DNA of 64,000 nucleotides. It comes from Dictyostelium discoideum. Taxonomy: Eukaryota. Shown piece after piece: positions 21,528-35,048 of this stretch. The notes beneath the pieces were generated by a model that was not told the origin of the DNA, made no database searches, and worked only from the letters and a program-made list of their open reading frames with translations. The stretch is from positions 1,312,001 through 1,376,000 of the forward strand of contig CM000155.2 in the NCBI GenBank assembly GCA_000004695.1, given 5' to 3'. The position numbers and the translations under genes are program-made. Within the stretch, counting starts at the first letter, position 1. The number at the start of each line of letters is the position of its first letter.

Positions 21528-21923
21528 TGATTTTAAATGGGGTCAATTTCATATTTTTAAATTCTTTTTCTTCAATTAAAAATACCACAATTTTAAATTA
21601 GCCTTTAAATAGAATTCATTTTTAGTGTGTTCTATAAAAAGAAAAAAAAAAAAAAAAAACTTTCAAATAATCAGTGTAAATTAATCCATCGAAAGATTTT
21701 TTATTTTGCTATATAAAAAATGTATTTTTATTTAAATTATTTTTAAAAAAAAATATTTCTATTAATATTTTCCATATCCATAATGATTAATCATAAATAT
21801 AATAAATAAATAAAATAAAAAATAAATAAAAAAATAAAAAAATAAAAATTTTAATAAAAACAAAAATAAAAAAAATAAAAAAAAATCATTCAATTTTTTT
21901 TTTTTTAGTTTGGCTTTGATTTT

Positions 21924-21972
<49 letters not shown>

Positions 21973-22022
21973 CAATAAATTAAATATAATAATAAAAATA
22001 AAAATAAAATAATATATATAAA

Positions 22023-23234
22023 ATGAACAATGTATTAGATTTAAAATTGAAAAAGATTGATAAAATATATAGACCTGGTGTAAGTTTTAATTAAAATAAA
22101 AATAAAAAACAATAAATAAAAAACAATAATAATAATTATAATAATACCAAAATCTCATTGTAAATATAGTATTAATTAATTATCAATTAATAATATACAT
22201 TTTAAAAAAAATGAACAATTAATGATGATGATGATGATGATGTGATGATGATGATGATGATTGATAATAATATTAATATTTTTTAGAGTAAAGTATCAGG
22301 TAATGTAGTTATAAATAGTAAAGATGATATGTCACATTCAGGAGTTACAATAGTGGTAGAGGGTACAGTTCAATTACAATTAAGTTCAAAGAGTGTTGGT
22401 TTATTTGAAGCATTTTATAATTCATTAAAACCAATTACATTGATGCATTATACAATTAGTGTCACCAATGGTGGTGGTAAATTTCAAGCAGGTATCACAG
22501 AGTTACCATTTGAATTTACATTAGAGCCATTACCAAATCAACAACTTTACGATACCTATCATGGTGTTTTCGTTAATATTCAATATTCAATAAAATGTGA
22601 TGTTAAAAGAGGTATCCTTTCAAAAGATTTATCAAAAACTATTGAATTTATAGTTGAAGTACCAGTATGTATATTATTTATTTATTTATTCGATATTAAT
22701 ATTAATATATAATTAATATATAATTAATATTAATAATTTTATAAATTATTTTAGTCACAAAATAAAGAGGTTTTAATGAAATCAACACCAGAATCACTTA
22801 TAACATTTAATATAACACCAGATTCATTGGTTAATTTTAAAAAGATATCAAAAGCAGATGTACCAACATTTAAGATATCAGGTGGATTGGTTTCAGCTAT
22901 TTGTAATATTAATGAAGCATTTCAAGGTCATATGATTATAGAATCAGCTGATACTGTGATTAAATCGGTCGAATTACAATTGGTACGTGTTGAAACATGT
23001 GGTTGTGCTGATGGATATGCTAGAGAGGTTACAGAGATTCAAAATATTCAAATTGCCGATGGTGACATTTGGAGAAATTTTAAAATTCCACTCTATATGG
23101 TTTTCCCACGTTTATTCACTTGTATCAGTACTGCTGGTAAAACTTTTAAAATCGAATTTGAAGTTAATTTAGTAATTATGTTAGAAGATGGTCATTTAAT
23201 TACTGAAAATTTCCCAATTAAATTAATAAGATAG
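22023..23234 (+). CDS. dscr3: VPS26C / DSCR3 homolog (retriever complex subunit, arrestin-like VPS26 fold). Three exons: 22023..22079, 22287..22664, 22755..23234.
   Basis: The spliced product MNNVLDLKLKKIDKIYRPG|SKVSGNVVINSKDD...EGTVQLQLSSKSVGLFEAFYNSLKPI...YDTYHGVFVNIQYSIKCDVKRGILSKDLSKTIEFIVEVP|SQNKE...SVELQLVRVETCGCADGYAREVTEIQNIQIADGD...YMVFPRLFTC...ITENFPIKLIR aligns along its length with the DSCR3 family. Donors GTAAGT at 22080 and GTATGT at 22665, all phase 0. Confidence 0.85.
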
Positions 23235-23236
23235 AC

Positions 23237-23275
<39 letters not shown>

Positions 23276-23429
23276 AAAAAATATAATAATAAAAAGAACC
23301 CAACAAACACAAAAAGTTTATAAAATATAAATCCTTCTTTTTTTTTTTTTAATTTAATTTATTTAATAATTTATCTATTTCATTTAACACTAGTCTTTTT
23401 TTTTTTTTTTTTTTAAATTATTTTTTTAA

Positions 23430-24480
23430 TTAATTCATAATTGCATCTAATAATTCAGAATAACAAATATTTGGAGTATCACTTTCAATGTCAACATCTT
23501 TATCTAATTTATACATAACAGTTAATGGAAATACAACTCTTGGAATACCACCCCATTTTATAAAAAGTGAACAATTGTATAATTTTAAAATATTTCCATA
23601 AATATCATTTTCTTTATATTTTAATTTATATAATTCATCAATTTCAACTTTTGACCATGTTGGCAATAATAATTTATTAATAAATGCATTCTTTAGCAAA
23701 AAAAATAAATAAAATAAATAATTAGAATTTAATATTAATAATAAATATAAAATATAAAATATAAATAAAGATAAATACCTTTATGAAAATTTTAAAAATT
23801 TCTAAATGATGAAATTAATAAAACAAAACATGGTGCTACATAGACAGGTGATTTCGAATCGGTTATTAATATAGTTGAATTCTTTTTCATAAGATAATGA
23901 TGAATAATTGGGTTATTTGAATCTGTAACTGATATAACATTACTACTTCTATTATTTTCATTCTCTGAAATTGGAAATATATATGTTGCAGGTGAATTAT
24001 ATGATTCATAAACTATGTTCTTTTTAGATTCTTTTAATAATCTTGATAATGAATAAATTGAGAAATAAGTTTTACCATTCCAGGATTACCAGTTATAAAA
24101 ACATTAATATTTTGTCTTGAATCATCCTCATCATTAAATGAAATTGTATTTGTTATCCTAATAAATAAATCTTTATAACTTTTTCTAATTAAAATTGATT
24201 CATTATCTTCATTAATAAGTCTAAACTTATCATTACTTTTAACATTTAAAATTTCATTTTAAATTGAAAATACTTAATCTAGTTTGAAATAATCTTTACC
24301 TATAATTCTTAAAATAAATAAATATATATATATATAATTATAAAAATTAATTAAATAATTACAAATAAAAAAATGTTTAAAAAATTATCTACTACCATAT
24401 TGAGCATTATAACATGATTTTTCTTTTTTAAATGAAAATTGGGGTGTAGTTTTTGTGGATTTTTTTTGTACAATATTTGG
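23430..24480 (-). pseudogene. Lipid-droplet-associated hydrolase (LDAH, DUF2305)-like alpha/beta hydrolase. The reading frame appears disrupted, so this is a possible pseudogene or a mis-resolved sequence.
   Basis: Minus-strand translation gives ...FRLINEDNESILIRKSYKDLFIRITNTISFNDEDDSRQNINVFITGNPGMVKLISQFIHYQ (the PGNPG motif of LDAH). A +1 frame change follows near 24030-24040. The expected GHSxG elbow reads LITDSKSPVY. The C-terminal exon is 23430..23699 (acceptor TGCTAAAG). No in-frame ATG precedes the N-terminal segment, which has an in-frame TAA immediately upstream. Confidence 0.4.
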
Positions 24481-24983
24481 TGTTTCCATTATTTGGTAAT
24501 TAAATGAAAAATCTTTATTAAATTTATTTTTTACTCTTTTTTTATTATTATTATTATTATTAATATTTTTTTTCAAATAAAATGGAAAATAATAATTATA
24601 AAAAAAAAAAAAACAAAAAAGGAATTTTTTTTTTGTTATTTAAGATTTATAAAAAAATAAAAATTTTTATTTTTTTTTTTTATTTTTTTTCTTAGTTCAG
24701 TCTATCAACCCAAATTAGTAATTACTAATTTTTTTTATAATAAATTAAAATGTATATATAAATCATTTGTGATTAATTACACTAAAAAATTTTATTTTAT
24801 TTTATTTTATTTTATTTTATTTTTTATAATTAAAGAAGTATTAATCATCTTTTTATTTTATTTTTTATTTTTTATTTTTTATTTTTATTATTAATAATTG
24901 CTTTTTTTATTTTTTATTTTTTATTTTTTTTTTTTTTTCGGTTTATTTTATTTATTTATTTATTTTTTTCCTGTTTATCTTGT

Positions 24984-25310
24984 TTATTCATCATCTTCTG
25001 GATTATGCTTTGGAGCGGTAAATTTTCTGCATAAGAAAAGGAAAACACATAAACCAGCAACGCCTAAATAGATAAAAGCTCCAACCATTGAAGCATGTTT
25101 ACCATTTTCGATTTGATCATGATTCCAAAGAGTTTGACCAGATATTTTAGTGTAATTATTGTTAATCAATGCATAAATTATAAAAAGACCAGCCATTGAA
25201 AAAAGTGAAAAGACTGTACAACAAATTGAACAACATGGTGGTGGGAATCTATAACACATACCACCTGGGAGACAAATTTCTGGCATTTTTGATGCTGCTT
25301 TTTTGGCCAT
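24984..25310 (-). CDS. small Cys-rich membrane protein (108 aa), single exon
   Basis: Genuine ATG (cat at 25308-10). MAKKAASKMPEICLPGGMCYRFPPPCCSICC followed by two hydrophobic segments. A GT-rich box (TGTGGTGAGTGGTGGTG, 25441-25460) lies about 130 bp upstream. Confidence 0.5.
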   Translation of the reverse strand: MAKKAASKMPEICLPGGMCYRFPPPCCSICCTVFSLFSMAGLFIIYALINNNYTKISGQTLWNHDQIENGKHASMVGAFIYLGVAGLCVFLFLCRKFTAPKHNPEDDE

Positions 25311-25559
25311 CTTTATATTATATATATTATTATTTATTTATTTATTACAAAAAAAAAAAAAAATTCTATAATTCTAAAATAATAAATATGAAAAAACGAA
25401 CGAAGGTTAGCAAAAATAATTTTTTAAAAAAAAAAAAAAAATTGTGGTGAGTGGTGGTGAAAAAAATAAAAAAAAAAAAAAAATAAGCAACAATGGGTTT
25501 TTATGTATGATAGATAACCATATCCCTCTTACCAAATCAATGATTAAATAAATGAACAA

Positions 25560-25597
<38 letters not shown>

Positions 25598-25833
25598 AAA
25601 AATTAATAAAGAAAAAAAAAAAAATTAAAAAATTAAAAATCCCCAGTGTGGTCCAAAATAATATTGCTTTGTTTTGTGTTTTTTTTTTTTTTTTTTATTA
25701 TTTTCACATTTAATATGAAATTTAATATTAATTATGATATATAATTGATTGAACGTATTAAATGATATGATATGATATGATATGATATTATATGATATTT
25801 AAAATAATGAATGTGAATTATTTAATTTTTTTT

Positions 25834-25865
<32 letters not shown>

Positions 25866-26276
25866 CTTTTTCTTTTTTTTTTTTTTTTTTTTTTTTAAAA
25901 CCCAATTTAGGTATAAAATTATCAAAAAACTAAAAAAGGTGGAATTTAAAATGGTATTATTTTAAAAAAAAAGAAAGGGGGGAAATAAATTTTAAAAATT
26001 AAAACCAAAATACAAAAAAAAAAACTTTCACCTTTTATAAAAATAATTTAAAATTTCCAAAAAAAAAAATTTTGTCCAATAAAAAATCCCCTTTAATATG
26101 GCCTATATGCTATATCGTAAAAAGTATGGGTGGATCTAGGTTTTATATCCAAATAAATAATAATAAATCTTTTCTTAAAACAATTATTATGTGTTTAATA
26201 TAAAGTGGACAAAAATTATTTTTAAATTTAAAAAAAAAAAAATAAAAAATAAAAATAAAAAAAAAAAATTGAAAAA

Positions 26277-26307
<31 letters not shown>

Positions 26308-27356
26308 ATGCAGGATAGTTGTGTGTCGTTAAAAGTTTTTGGTTTTTTATGCAAGAACTGTATATAAAATTTTCATAAAAAAAAAAAAAATCAAAAAAAA
26401 AAAAAAACAGGCCTGGGAAAAAATGATTAATTAAAAAAATTTATTTGTATTTATTTTTATTTATTTTTTTTTTTTAAATTAAAAATTAAACAGAAGCCGA
26501 ACAAAAGCGGTGAGCATAATTTTGGTAAGTAAATTATTGAGAAGTTGAATTTTTTTTTTTTTTTTATGAAATAAATAAAACCCACAGGGAACAAATAAAA
26601 TATTTTTCTTTATTCTTCTTTATTTAAAATTACATGTGAAAACAAATAGGAGAAAAAAATAATGACTACAATAATTGCCACCAATGCTATTAATTTCTCT
26701 CTCATCTATAAATAAATAATTATTGAAAAAAAAAATAAAATAAAATAAAATAAAATAAAAAATAAAAATTAATTGTTAGGAAATTGAGTTTCACACTTTT
26801 TTTTTTTTTTTTTTTCCAGAGTTGAGATATTTTAAAAAAAAACAATTTACTTTTTTTGAGTTCTTTTTTAGTTTAAAGTGTTTAAATGTGTTTTTTTTTG
26901 TTTTTTTTGTTTTTTTTGTGTTGTTTTTATGTTTTTTTAGTAAACAAGAGTACTATGAAGTTTTATGTTTTATCATTTAATGAGGAAGAAGAAAAAAAAA
27001 AAAAAACAAAAAAAAAAAAAAAAATAAAAAAAAATAAAAAAAAAAAATAAAAAAAAAATCATGATAGATATTCAAGTAATAATCCAAACATGTTAATAAA
27101 AAAAAAAAAAAAAATTAATTTTAATATTTCACCATAAAAATTTTTTTAACCTTACAAACAATCATTTTTTTTTTTTTCAATATTTATTTCCATAAAAATA
27201 TATTTGAAACTGGTCTTTTTGCCCAGGGGAATTTTTTTTGTTTGAGAGATTTTTCAATTTTAATTTTAGTTTTTCTCCCACACAATTTTTTTTTTTTTTT
27301 TTTTTATTTTTTATTTTTTTAACGACACAGCATAAAAATTTTTTCATATTTTTTAA

Positions 27357-27387
<31 letters not shown>

Positions 27388-27607
27388 TTTTTATTTTTTT
27401 AAAAATTATTTTTTCTGCCACTATTTATAACACATAATAATATTTTTAAAAAAAATATTATTTAATTTATAATAATACAAATTAATTTTAGAAGTAATAA
27501 TATATAGTTTTATTAATATTTTTATTTCGTAATAATCAGAATAAAAAAACATCCTATTTATTAAAAAAAAAAAAACACACACTATATATATAAAAAACTC
27601 TTATAAA

Positions 27608-27877
27608 ATGTCAAAAGTTGCAGCACTTGGTTGGGGTACATTAGTTTACTTAGGCGTTGGTTTATTATTAGCAATTTACCCACCATTTGTTACAGATAAA
27701 CCGTATGTTTATTTTTTTGTTGAAAAAAAAAAAAAAAAACCCAAACCACCCTATTAAATTTGAATTCTAACTTTTTTTTTTTTTTTTCTCTTTTATTTTC
27801 AAAATTTTCAAAAATATAGATTAGGTCGTGTTTGCTTCATTACTGCCGCAGTTTGTTTATGGCTTTTGTATGTATAA
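27608..27877 (+). CDS. small (about 50 aa) two-helix membrane protein. Two exons, 27608..27702 and 27820..27877.
   Basis: ATG at 27608, exon 1 MSKVAALGWGTLVYLGVGLLLAIYPPFVTDK(P). GTATGT donor at 27703 (phase 2) and ATATAG acceptor at 27818-19. Exon 2 LGRVCFITAAVCLWLLYV*. Not in the ORF track because each exon is under 60 aa. Confidence 0.45.
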
Positions 27878-27918
27878 ATTTAGATAAAAATAATAATCAG
27901 ATTGATTTTTCAAACCTT

Positions 27919-27960
<42 letters not shown>

Positions 27961-28261
27961 GGGATTTTTTGGATTAAAATCCCTAATTTATAAAAAAAAA
28001 ATAAATCATTTCAAAGGGATTTGTTGTTATATGTCAAAAATGAATCCAAGGGCTTACCCAAATTCAATTACCACCAGTTGCAGAATAAATAAAATAATAA
28101 TAATAATATAATACACAAGAATAATAAAATCCAAAAAAACAACAAAATACTATTTTACAACCCCTGTTACATAAACGACTAAAAAAAAAAAAATAAAAAA
28201 ATAACAATAAAAAAAACATCAACACAAAAGGATACACATCAATGTGTATTCACCATCATCT

Positions 28262-28265
28262 CACC

Positions 28266-28322
<57 letters not shown>
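28262..28322. repeat. (CAA)n microsatellite, about 20 units, in non-coding context
   Basis: caacaacaa... run seen directly. Only a 37-codon ORF spans it. Confidence 0.85.
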
Positions 28323-28324
<2 letters not shown>

Positions 28325-28608
28325 ACTTATTACCTTTTAATCAAACAATTAAAAGGAACCACAAACTCTATTTGAACGAAATAAGTAGTTATAAAAAAAA
28401 AATAAAAAAAAAACAAATAAAAAATTTTAAAAAAAAAAAATTAAAAAAAGTAATAATCCTTGGGAATATTTTTGTGTATTTCTTTTTAAATTATTTATTT
28501 TTATCTTTTGTTTTTACATTTAATGATTTCTTATATAAAGTATTTTTTTTTTTTTTTTTTAATTTTATTTCTATACATTTCTTATATGTGTATTTTTATT
28601 TTTTATAA

Positions 28609-28815
28609 TTATTCATTTGATCTTGGTTTTCTTTTCATTTTAGTTAAATCTACATCATCCTTTTTAATACCAAAGTCATTGTATTCTTTAAAATCTTCAC
28701 CAGCCATTTTCCACATCGAATAACTGTATACTGCAATTGAAAATGCTGTTAAACCTCCAAATATTAATAAATTTCCCTTTAATCTTTGTCTATGTAATGG
28801 TGTTACACCTGGCAC
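28609..28815 (-). CDS. small single-pass membrane protein; this is the C-terminal exon and the 5' exon was not found
   Basis: Track ORF starts at GTG, not ATG. ...PGVTPLHRQRLKGNLLIFGGLTAFSIAVYSYSMWKMAGEDFKEYNDFGIKKDD. A candidate upstream intron (GTAAGA at about 28893 to AACAG at about 28820) exists, but no initiator was located. Confidence 0.3.
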   Translation of the reverse strand: MPGVTPLHRQRLKGNLLIFGGLTAFSIAVYSYSMWKMAGEDFKEYNDFGIKKDDVDLTKMKRKPRSNE

Positions 28816-29039
28816 TGTTTTTTTTTGTTTTTTTTTTTGAAAATTATCGATTGTTAGATATCATTTAAATTATAAAAGATAATATTTCATTAATATATTA
28901 TAATTCTTACTTTTTCTTTTCTATTTTATTTTTTTTTTTTGTATATTGACGAAAATATTTTTTTTTTTTTAAAACTTTTAAACGAAAATGTTTTTTTTTT
29001 TTTTTTTTTTCTTTTTTATTTTTTTTTATTTTTTAATTT

Positions 29040-29078
<39 letters not shown>

Positions 29079-29874
29079 CTTGAATAAAGATTTGGTGGTA
29101 ATTATTTTCTTAAATTGGAAATAAATATCTTTTTATCTTTGAACTTTTTTTTTTTTTTTGATTTCTTTTCTTTTTTTCTTTGATTTCTTTTTTTTTTTAA
29201 CACCTCTTTTGATTAAAATGAGACATTAAAAAAAAAAAAATAATAGAAAAAAATAGAAAAAAAAAAAATAAAAAATAAAATAAATAAAATAAAGATAGTT
29301 CATTTTTTATTATTATACCATAGGAAATAAGAATAATTTATTTTTTTTTTTTTCCATCTTCCATAGATGATTTTTTTTTTTTTTTTTTTTTTTTTGTAAT
29401 AATGATTTTTAATGAAATTACTGATTTAAGAATGGTACTAGTAGTATATAAAAACTATAATAAAATATTTGGCGTTTAGTTATAATTAATAGTTTAAAAC
29501 AAAATTAATTAATTTTATGGGATTACCTTTAAATTATTTAAACAAAACCCCTTTAATAATTAATTGGGAATTAAAAAACCGGCCCCATAAAAAAAACTTG
29601 GGCTTTCTTTTGCTTTTTTCCCAAATAATAAAAAAAAAAAAAAAAATAAGGGAACCTTTTTTTAAAAAAATCCCCTTTAAAAAGTTTTTTTTTTTTATTC
29701 CAATTAAATTTAAAAATTTTTTCCGCCAAAAAAAAAAATTTTTTTTAAAAAAAATCCCTAATTTTTTTTTTTTTTAATCTTATTGTTGAAATTTCTTAGA
29801 TGAAACCTAAAATTTACCAAACAATATTTATTTTTTTTTTAAAAAAAATATTTTTTATTAATTTCAAATTTGAT

Positions 29875-29934
<60 letters not shown>

Positions 29935-29998
29935 AGAATATACATTAATTTTTCCAAGTTTTTTTTATTTCATTTTTTTATTTTTTTTTTTCTTAAAT

Positions 29999-31767
29999 TT
30001 AATTTGTTGAACTTGTTGAAATTGGTCTTGATTTGATTGTTGAATTTTGAGAATTTGATGTTGTATCGGTTGAAATATTTGTTATGGGCATTGTTGGTGA
30101 TGTATTTGATGATAATGAGATATTTGGAGATGAACTTGAGAGTGAAATATTACTTTGGTTATTATCATTATTATTATTATTATTATTACTATTATCAATT
30201 AAGTTTATATTTGTTTCAGATTTTGATAAATCATCAGATTTTTTAGAAGTTGGAAGTTTATTATTTTGAGAGATGGAATTTGATCTAATTCTTTTTGAAT
30301 TTGTAATAAGAGGTTGAAATTGTTGAAGTGTTCTTTTACTTCCAGAGATTAAAGATTTCAATTGATTAGTCAAGTCGTGGATTGATTGAATTTTATGATG
30401 TTCTAGACGTGAGATAACATTGGGATCAATAGAGGTACGAATGGTTTTAATAGTACGATCTTCTTGAGCCAAAGCAACTAGACAACGAAGTGCTTGTTCA
30501 ACCAATAGATAATCATAAGACTCTAAGAGTGTTGTGATTAATGGAATACCATTATTTTCTAATAGAGCAGAAACAATGGCAACTTCATTATGGAGAACAC
30601 TAAAGAATTTACAACATTTTGCTTTCAATGGTTCTTCAGCGGTATGAATTAATTTGACGATGGTTGTAATTAAACCAAAATCCAAAATTTGAGTGATAGT
30701 TACCTCATCTTGACTTGCAACCAAAGCTAAAAGGTCCAATGCAATCATTTTGATACTTATATTTTCCTTTACATTCAATAGTATCTTATGAATACTGCCT
30801 ACGATTTCATGTAATGTATTTTTGTGTATACCTTTGTTGGTTAATATACCCAATATTTGAATTGCATAAACACGAAGTGGGGCATCTTTTGGATCTTTAG
30901 TATCCAAATCATTACAAAATGAAAGTACACAATCATCTAAAAGACAATCATCGGTTGGTTTACCTTGAGCATGAGGTTTACCAATTACATGATCAATGGT
31001 TACAATTGGTAATGGTGCAGGTAATGGAATATCTTGACTCCATGGTGTTTTTAAATGAAATGAAATTTGACCAACTAATGATTGTTCACCCATAATAACA
31101 TCATCACCACCATGAATATGATGATGATGATGGTTATGATGATTACCACCACCACTACCACTACCACTACTACCACCACCACTATTTTGATTACCATAAA
31201 TACTATCATAAAATAATTGATATTTATTTTGTTCTTCTTTTAATTGTTGAGCATGTTGTAATTGTTGTTCTTTAAATTGTTGTTGTTCTTTTAATTGTTG
31301 TTGAATTAATTTTTGTTGTTCAGCATTGAATTTAATACGTGCTTTATCTAATTTAGTTTTATAGATTGGATAATATTGATTGGATGGATCAAGGAATGGA
31401 AAGATTGCAGACATCGATTGATTTTGAATTGCAGTTTCAAAGGTTTGACCATTCTTTGAAACAAATTCAACAACAATCTCAATGACTTGTTCAATGGTTT
31501 CAGCAGATTCAAACATTTTCAAATTGAAACCAATATCATCCATTTCATCATCCTCTTCCTCCTCCTCTTGATCAATATCACCTAATAATCTAGAATGAAG
31601 TTTAATTTCAGGATTTGATGACCAAATCTCTCTTGCAAATTCTAAATTCTCTGCATCTAAATCCATTTCTTCATCTTGTTTATTGATTGAATCTAATATT
31701 TTATAACCACCATTTTCACTCTTTAAAATATGTTTACCACCACCTCCACCACTACTACTACTATCAA

Positions 31768-31800
<33 letters not shown>

Positions 31801-32837
31801 GACGACGATTAACAATACCACGTTTTGATGATGATTGAAATGATTCAGAATTTGGAGTCATTAAAGTTTGTGCTACACCACCTACTGATGAACCACTTTG
31901 ACCATTGGATGAGTTGAGTTGTTGATTCATTACTAATGTACTACTTTTACTTTCTATATTTTGTAATAATGATTTAATTGAATGCATTTGTGAATTTAAA
32001 CGTTTATCACAAACGTGATATTTAACTAATTCCAAGAACTTAGTATTCATTGGTGGTACATTATCCCAAAGTAGTTGATTACAAAGTTCGAAATAAGAGG
32101 TGATATCATCGGTGATACTACCGACTTTTCTTTCTTTTTTTCTCTTTTCATCATCACGAAGAATATATTCAACCGATTCTTCTAATCTTCCATTTGCCAA
32201 CGGTTCAATTGCAGATAGTTTACCCAACACTCTATTCAATTTCAACTCGAGTACGGTTTTCCTAGTTTCACCCTTTAGACAGGTTTCCCTCCAATATTGA
32301 CCAAACGCATCAGAGATCTCTCGACGAGTATTTACAAAATCAACTATATAGCATGCATTCTTTCCCTTGGAAACTCTACTTAACCTACCAATAGTTTGAA
32401 CGGCACTGGCACCCTTTAAAGCTCTATCGACATACATCACGGCCAATGATGGCTCGTCGAAACCTGATGATAGCTTATCGGCAACAATGATCAATTGCAC
32501 TCTATGTTTCTTATCATTTCTCAAGATTTCCGAGATACCATTTCTCTTTGAAAAGTATTCTGCATAACTACCATTTATCTTTTCATCATATTCCGCTTTC
32601 TCTTTTTTCTTTAAACTAAACTTTGCAAATGATGCTATAATATCAAATTTTTGATTCTTTGGTAATGATTTCACCAATGATTCCAATGTTTGTTTATATA
32701 ATAAAATTTGTTCTCTACTATTTGTAACTAACATTGCTCTACAATTAAATTCATCATTATTAATTTGTTCTCTTAATTTTAAAAAATGTTTTATAATATA
32801 TGATGACTTTTCTTGAATTATTTTCTTTTTTTTAATA

Positions 32838-32880
<43 letters not shown>

Positions 32881-34442
32881 AAAATAGAATTAGTATTTTT
32901 TTATTTTTTTATTTATATTAATAATAATACATACTTTATCATTATTTGGATGTTTTAAAATATGATAAGATGATTTATTTTCATCATTAAAAAAGGTATC
33001 ACTTGTTTTATCATTTGAAACTTTGGTTAAAATTGAAACAGTTGTATAATGATCAATACAATTCATAACAATTTTATCTTGTAATGCTTTCTCTATTGAA
33101 TAAGTATGAAATGGTACTCTTAAATTACCTCTTGTATCACCAAATAATTCTAAAGCTTTTGGTTTTGGTGTACTTGTAAAACAAAAATATGTTATATTAT
33201 TCTTTTCTCTAGTTTCACCATTTAATATTGCTTTTATTTTTTTTTTTTTTTTAAATAAAATTAAATTATTAATTAGATTATTATAAATTATTAAAAATTA
33301 TTAAAAATTATATTATATTATATTATATATATATATTTACAACTAAAAGTATTTGTCATTGATCTAATATCATCAGAAATAATTGCAATTGATTTATATT
33401 TATTTGAAATATGATCAAATCCATGAGTATCAATAACTTTTGAAAACTTTTGCATTGTTGAGATTACAACTCTAGTTTTAGCTTTTGTTAAAATCTTTTC
33501 CAATAATGCAATTGTATTTGGATGTGAAATTGATGTTAAATCATTATCTTTTAAAAATTGAGTAATAATTGAACCAAGTTGATAATCTAAATGTCTTTTA
33601 TCATTAATCACTAGTATTAAATCATATTTCAATTTACCATCTTCTAATAATCTATATAAATTTGTAATTAATGATGCAATCGTATGACTTTTACCTGACC
33701 CTGCTGCATGTTGAATTAAATAATTTTTTGAATTTTTAACTGGTTTTATTACTTGACTATTATTATTTTGATTATTATTATTATTATTATTATTATTTTG
33801 ATTATTTTGATTATTATTGTTACTACCACTTGTTGAAGAATAATTACTATGATCAGAATTTGTTGATGACGGAGCAAATAATAAACCCATTGGTGATAAA
33901 GGTGTCGCTAAAGGTGTTGCTGGTGATAATGGTATTATCTTTTTTGAATCAATTTTAAATTGTTCCACAATATTTTGAATTATTTTTACACATGCATCTT
34001 TTTGATGAAATCTAGGGATAAGTCTTTTCCAACCTTCCATAACCATTTTATCTATTGCTATACTATCTACATTTTCTATATTTACAAATTTTACTCTACT
34101 ACTATTATTATTAGTATTACCGCTACTACCACTACCACTAATATTACTACTACCACTATTACTACTACTACTACTAAATACGCCTCTAGCAGTTGGTAAT
34201 GGGCTAGTTTCTTTTGGTGGTGGTGATTTCATTTCATCATCTATATTCTCTTCTTCATCCTCTAAATCATCGAAAAAGTCATCCCCATTGTCTGATCCAT
34301 CACTATCTTGTGAATCAAATTCTAACTCATGAGATGGTATCATCTCATCTTTACCTAAAAGTGATGATGTCCTTCTTCTATTTGTTTTTGGTGTACCTGT
34401 TGTAGTAGTTGTGGTTGTTGTTGTTGTCTTATTGCTATTACT

Positions 34443-34511
<69 letters not shown>

Positions 34512-35015
34512 ATTATTATTATTTGATGATGGTACATCAAAACCAATAGTTTTAGTTTTTGGTTGATTTTTAGGTGTAGGAATTGATGAAAAAGTATTAT
34601 TATTATTATTTTTTGAACCATATACTTCAGAAGCTGATTGAGGTGATGGCATTAAAAAACTATTATGTGAAGAGACAGGGGTATGAAATGAACCAGGTGG
34701 TGAAGGTCTAAGGAAAATAGATGATGATGGTTTTTGTTGGTTTCTATAGTTTGTTGGTGATGGTGATGTTGATGAAAAACTACTTGGTACACCAAATCCA
34801 CTATAATAACTATTTGGTGATTGTTTACTTAAAAATCCAGAGAAATTTGGTGATGTCGATGTTGAACTATCCGATGATGTTGACATCATTATATTTCTAC
34901 TACTACTACTAAATTGATGAGTAGTGCTATTACTACTCCCACCACCTCCACCACCACCACTATAATGAATTCTTGGTGATGACATTGAACTATTTGATGA
35001 ATATGATGCACCTAA

Positions 35016-35048
<33 letters not shown>

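Noticed and set aside
28372-30036. F/K-rich ORFs (28372..28608, 28508..28723, 28939..29124, 29517..29777, 29800..30036)
   Set aside because: They are translations of poly(T)/poly(A) intergenic DNA, with no codon structure.
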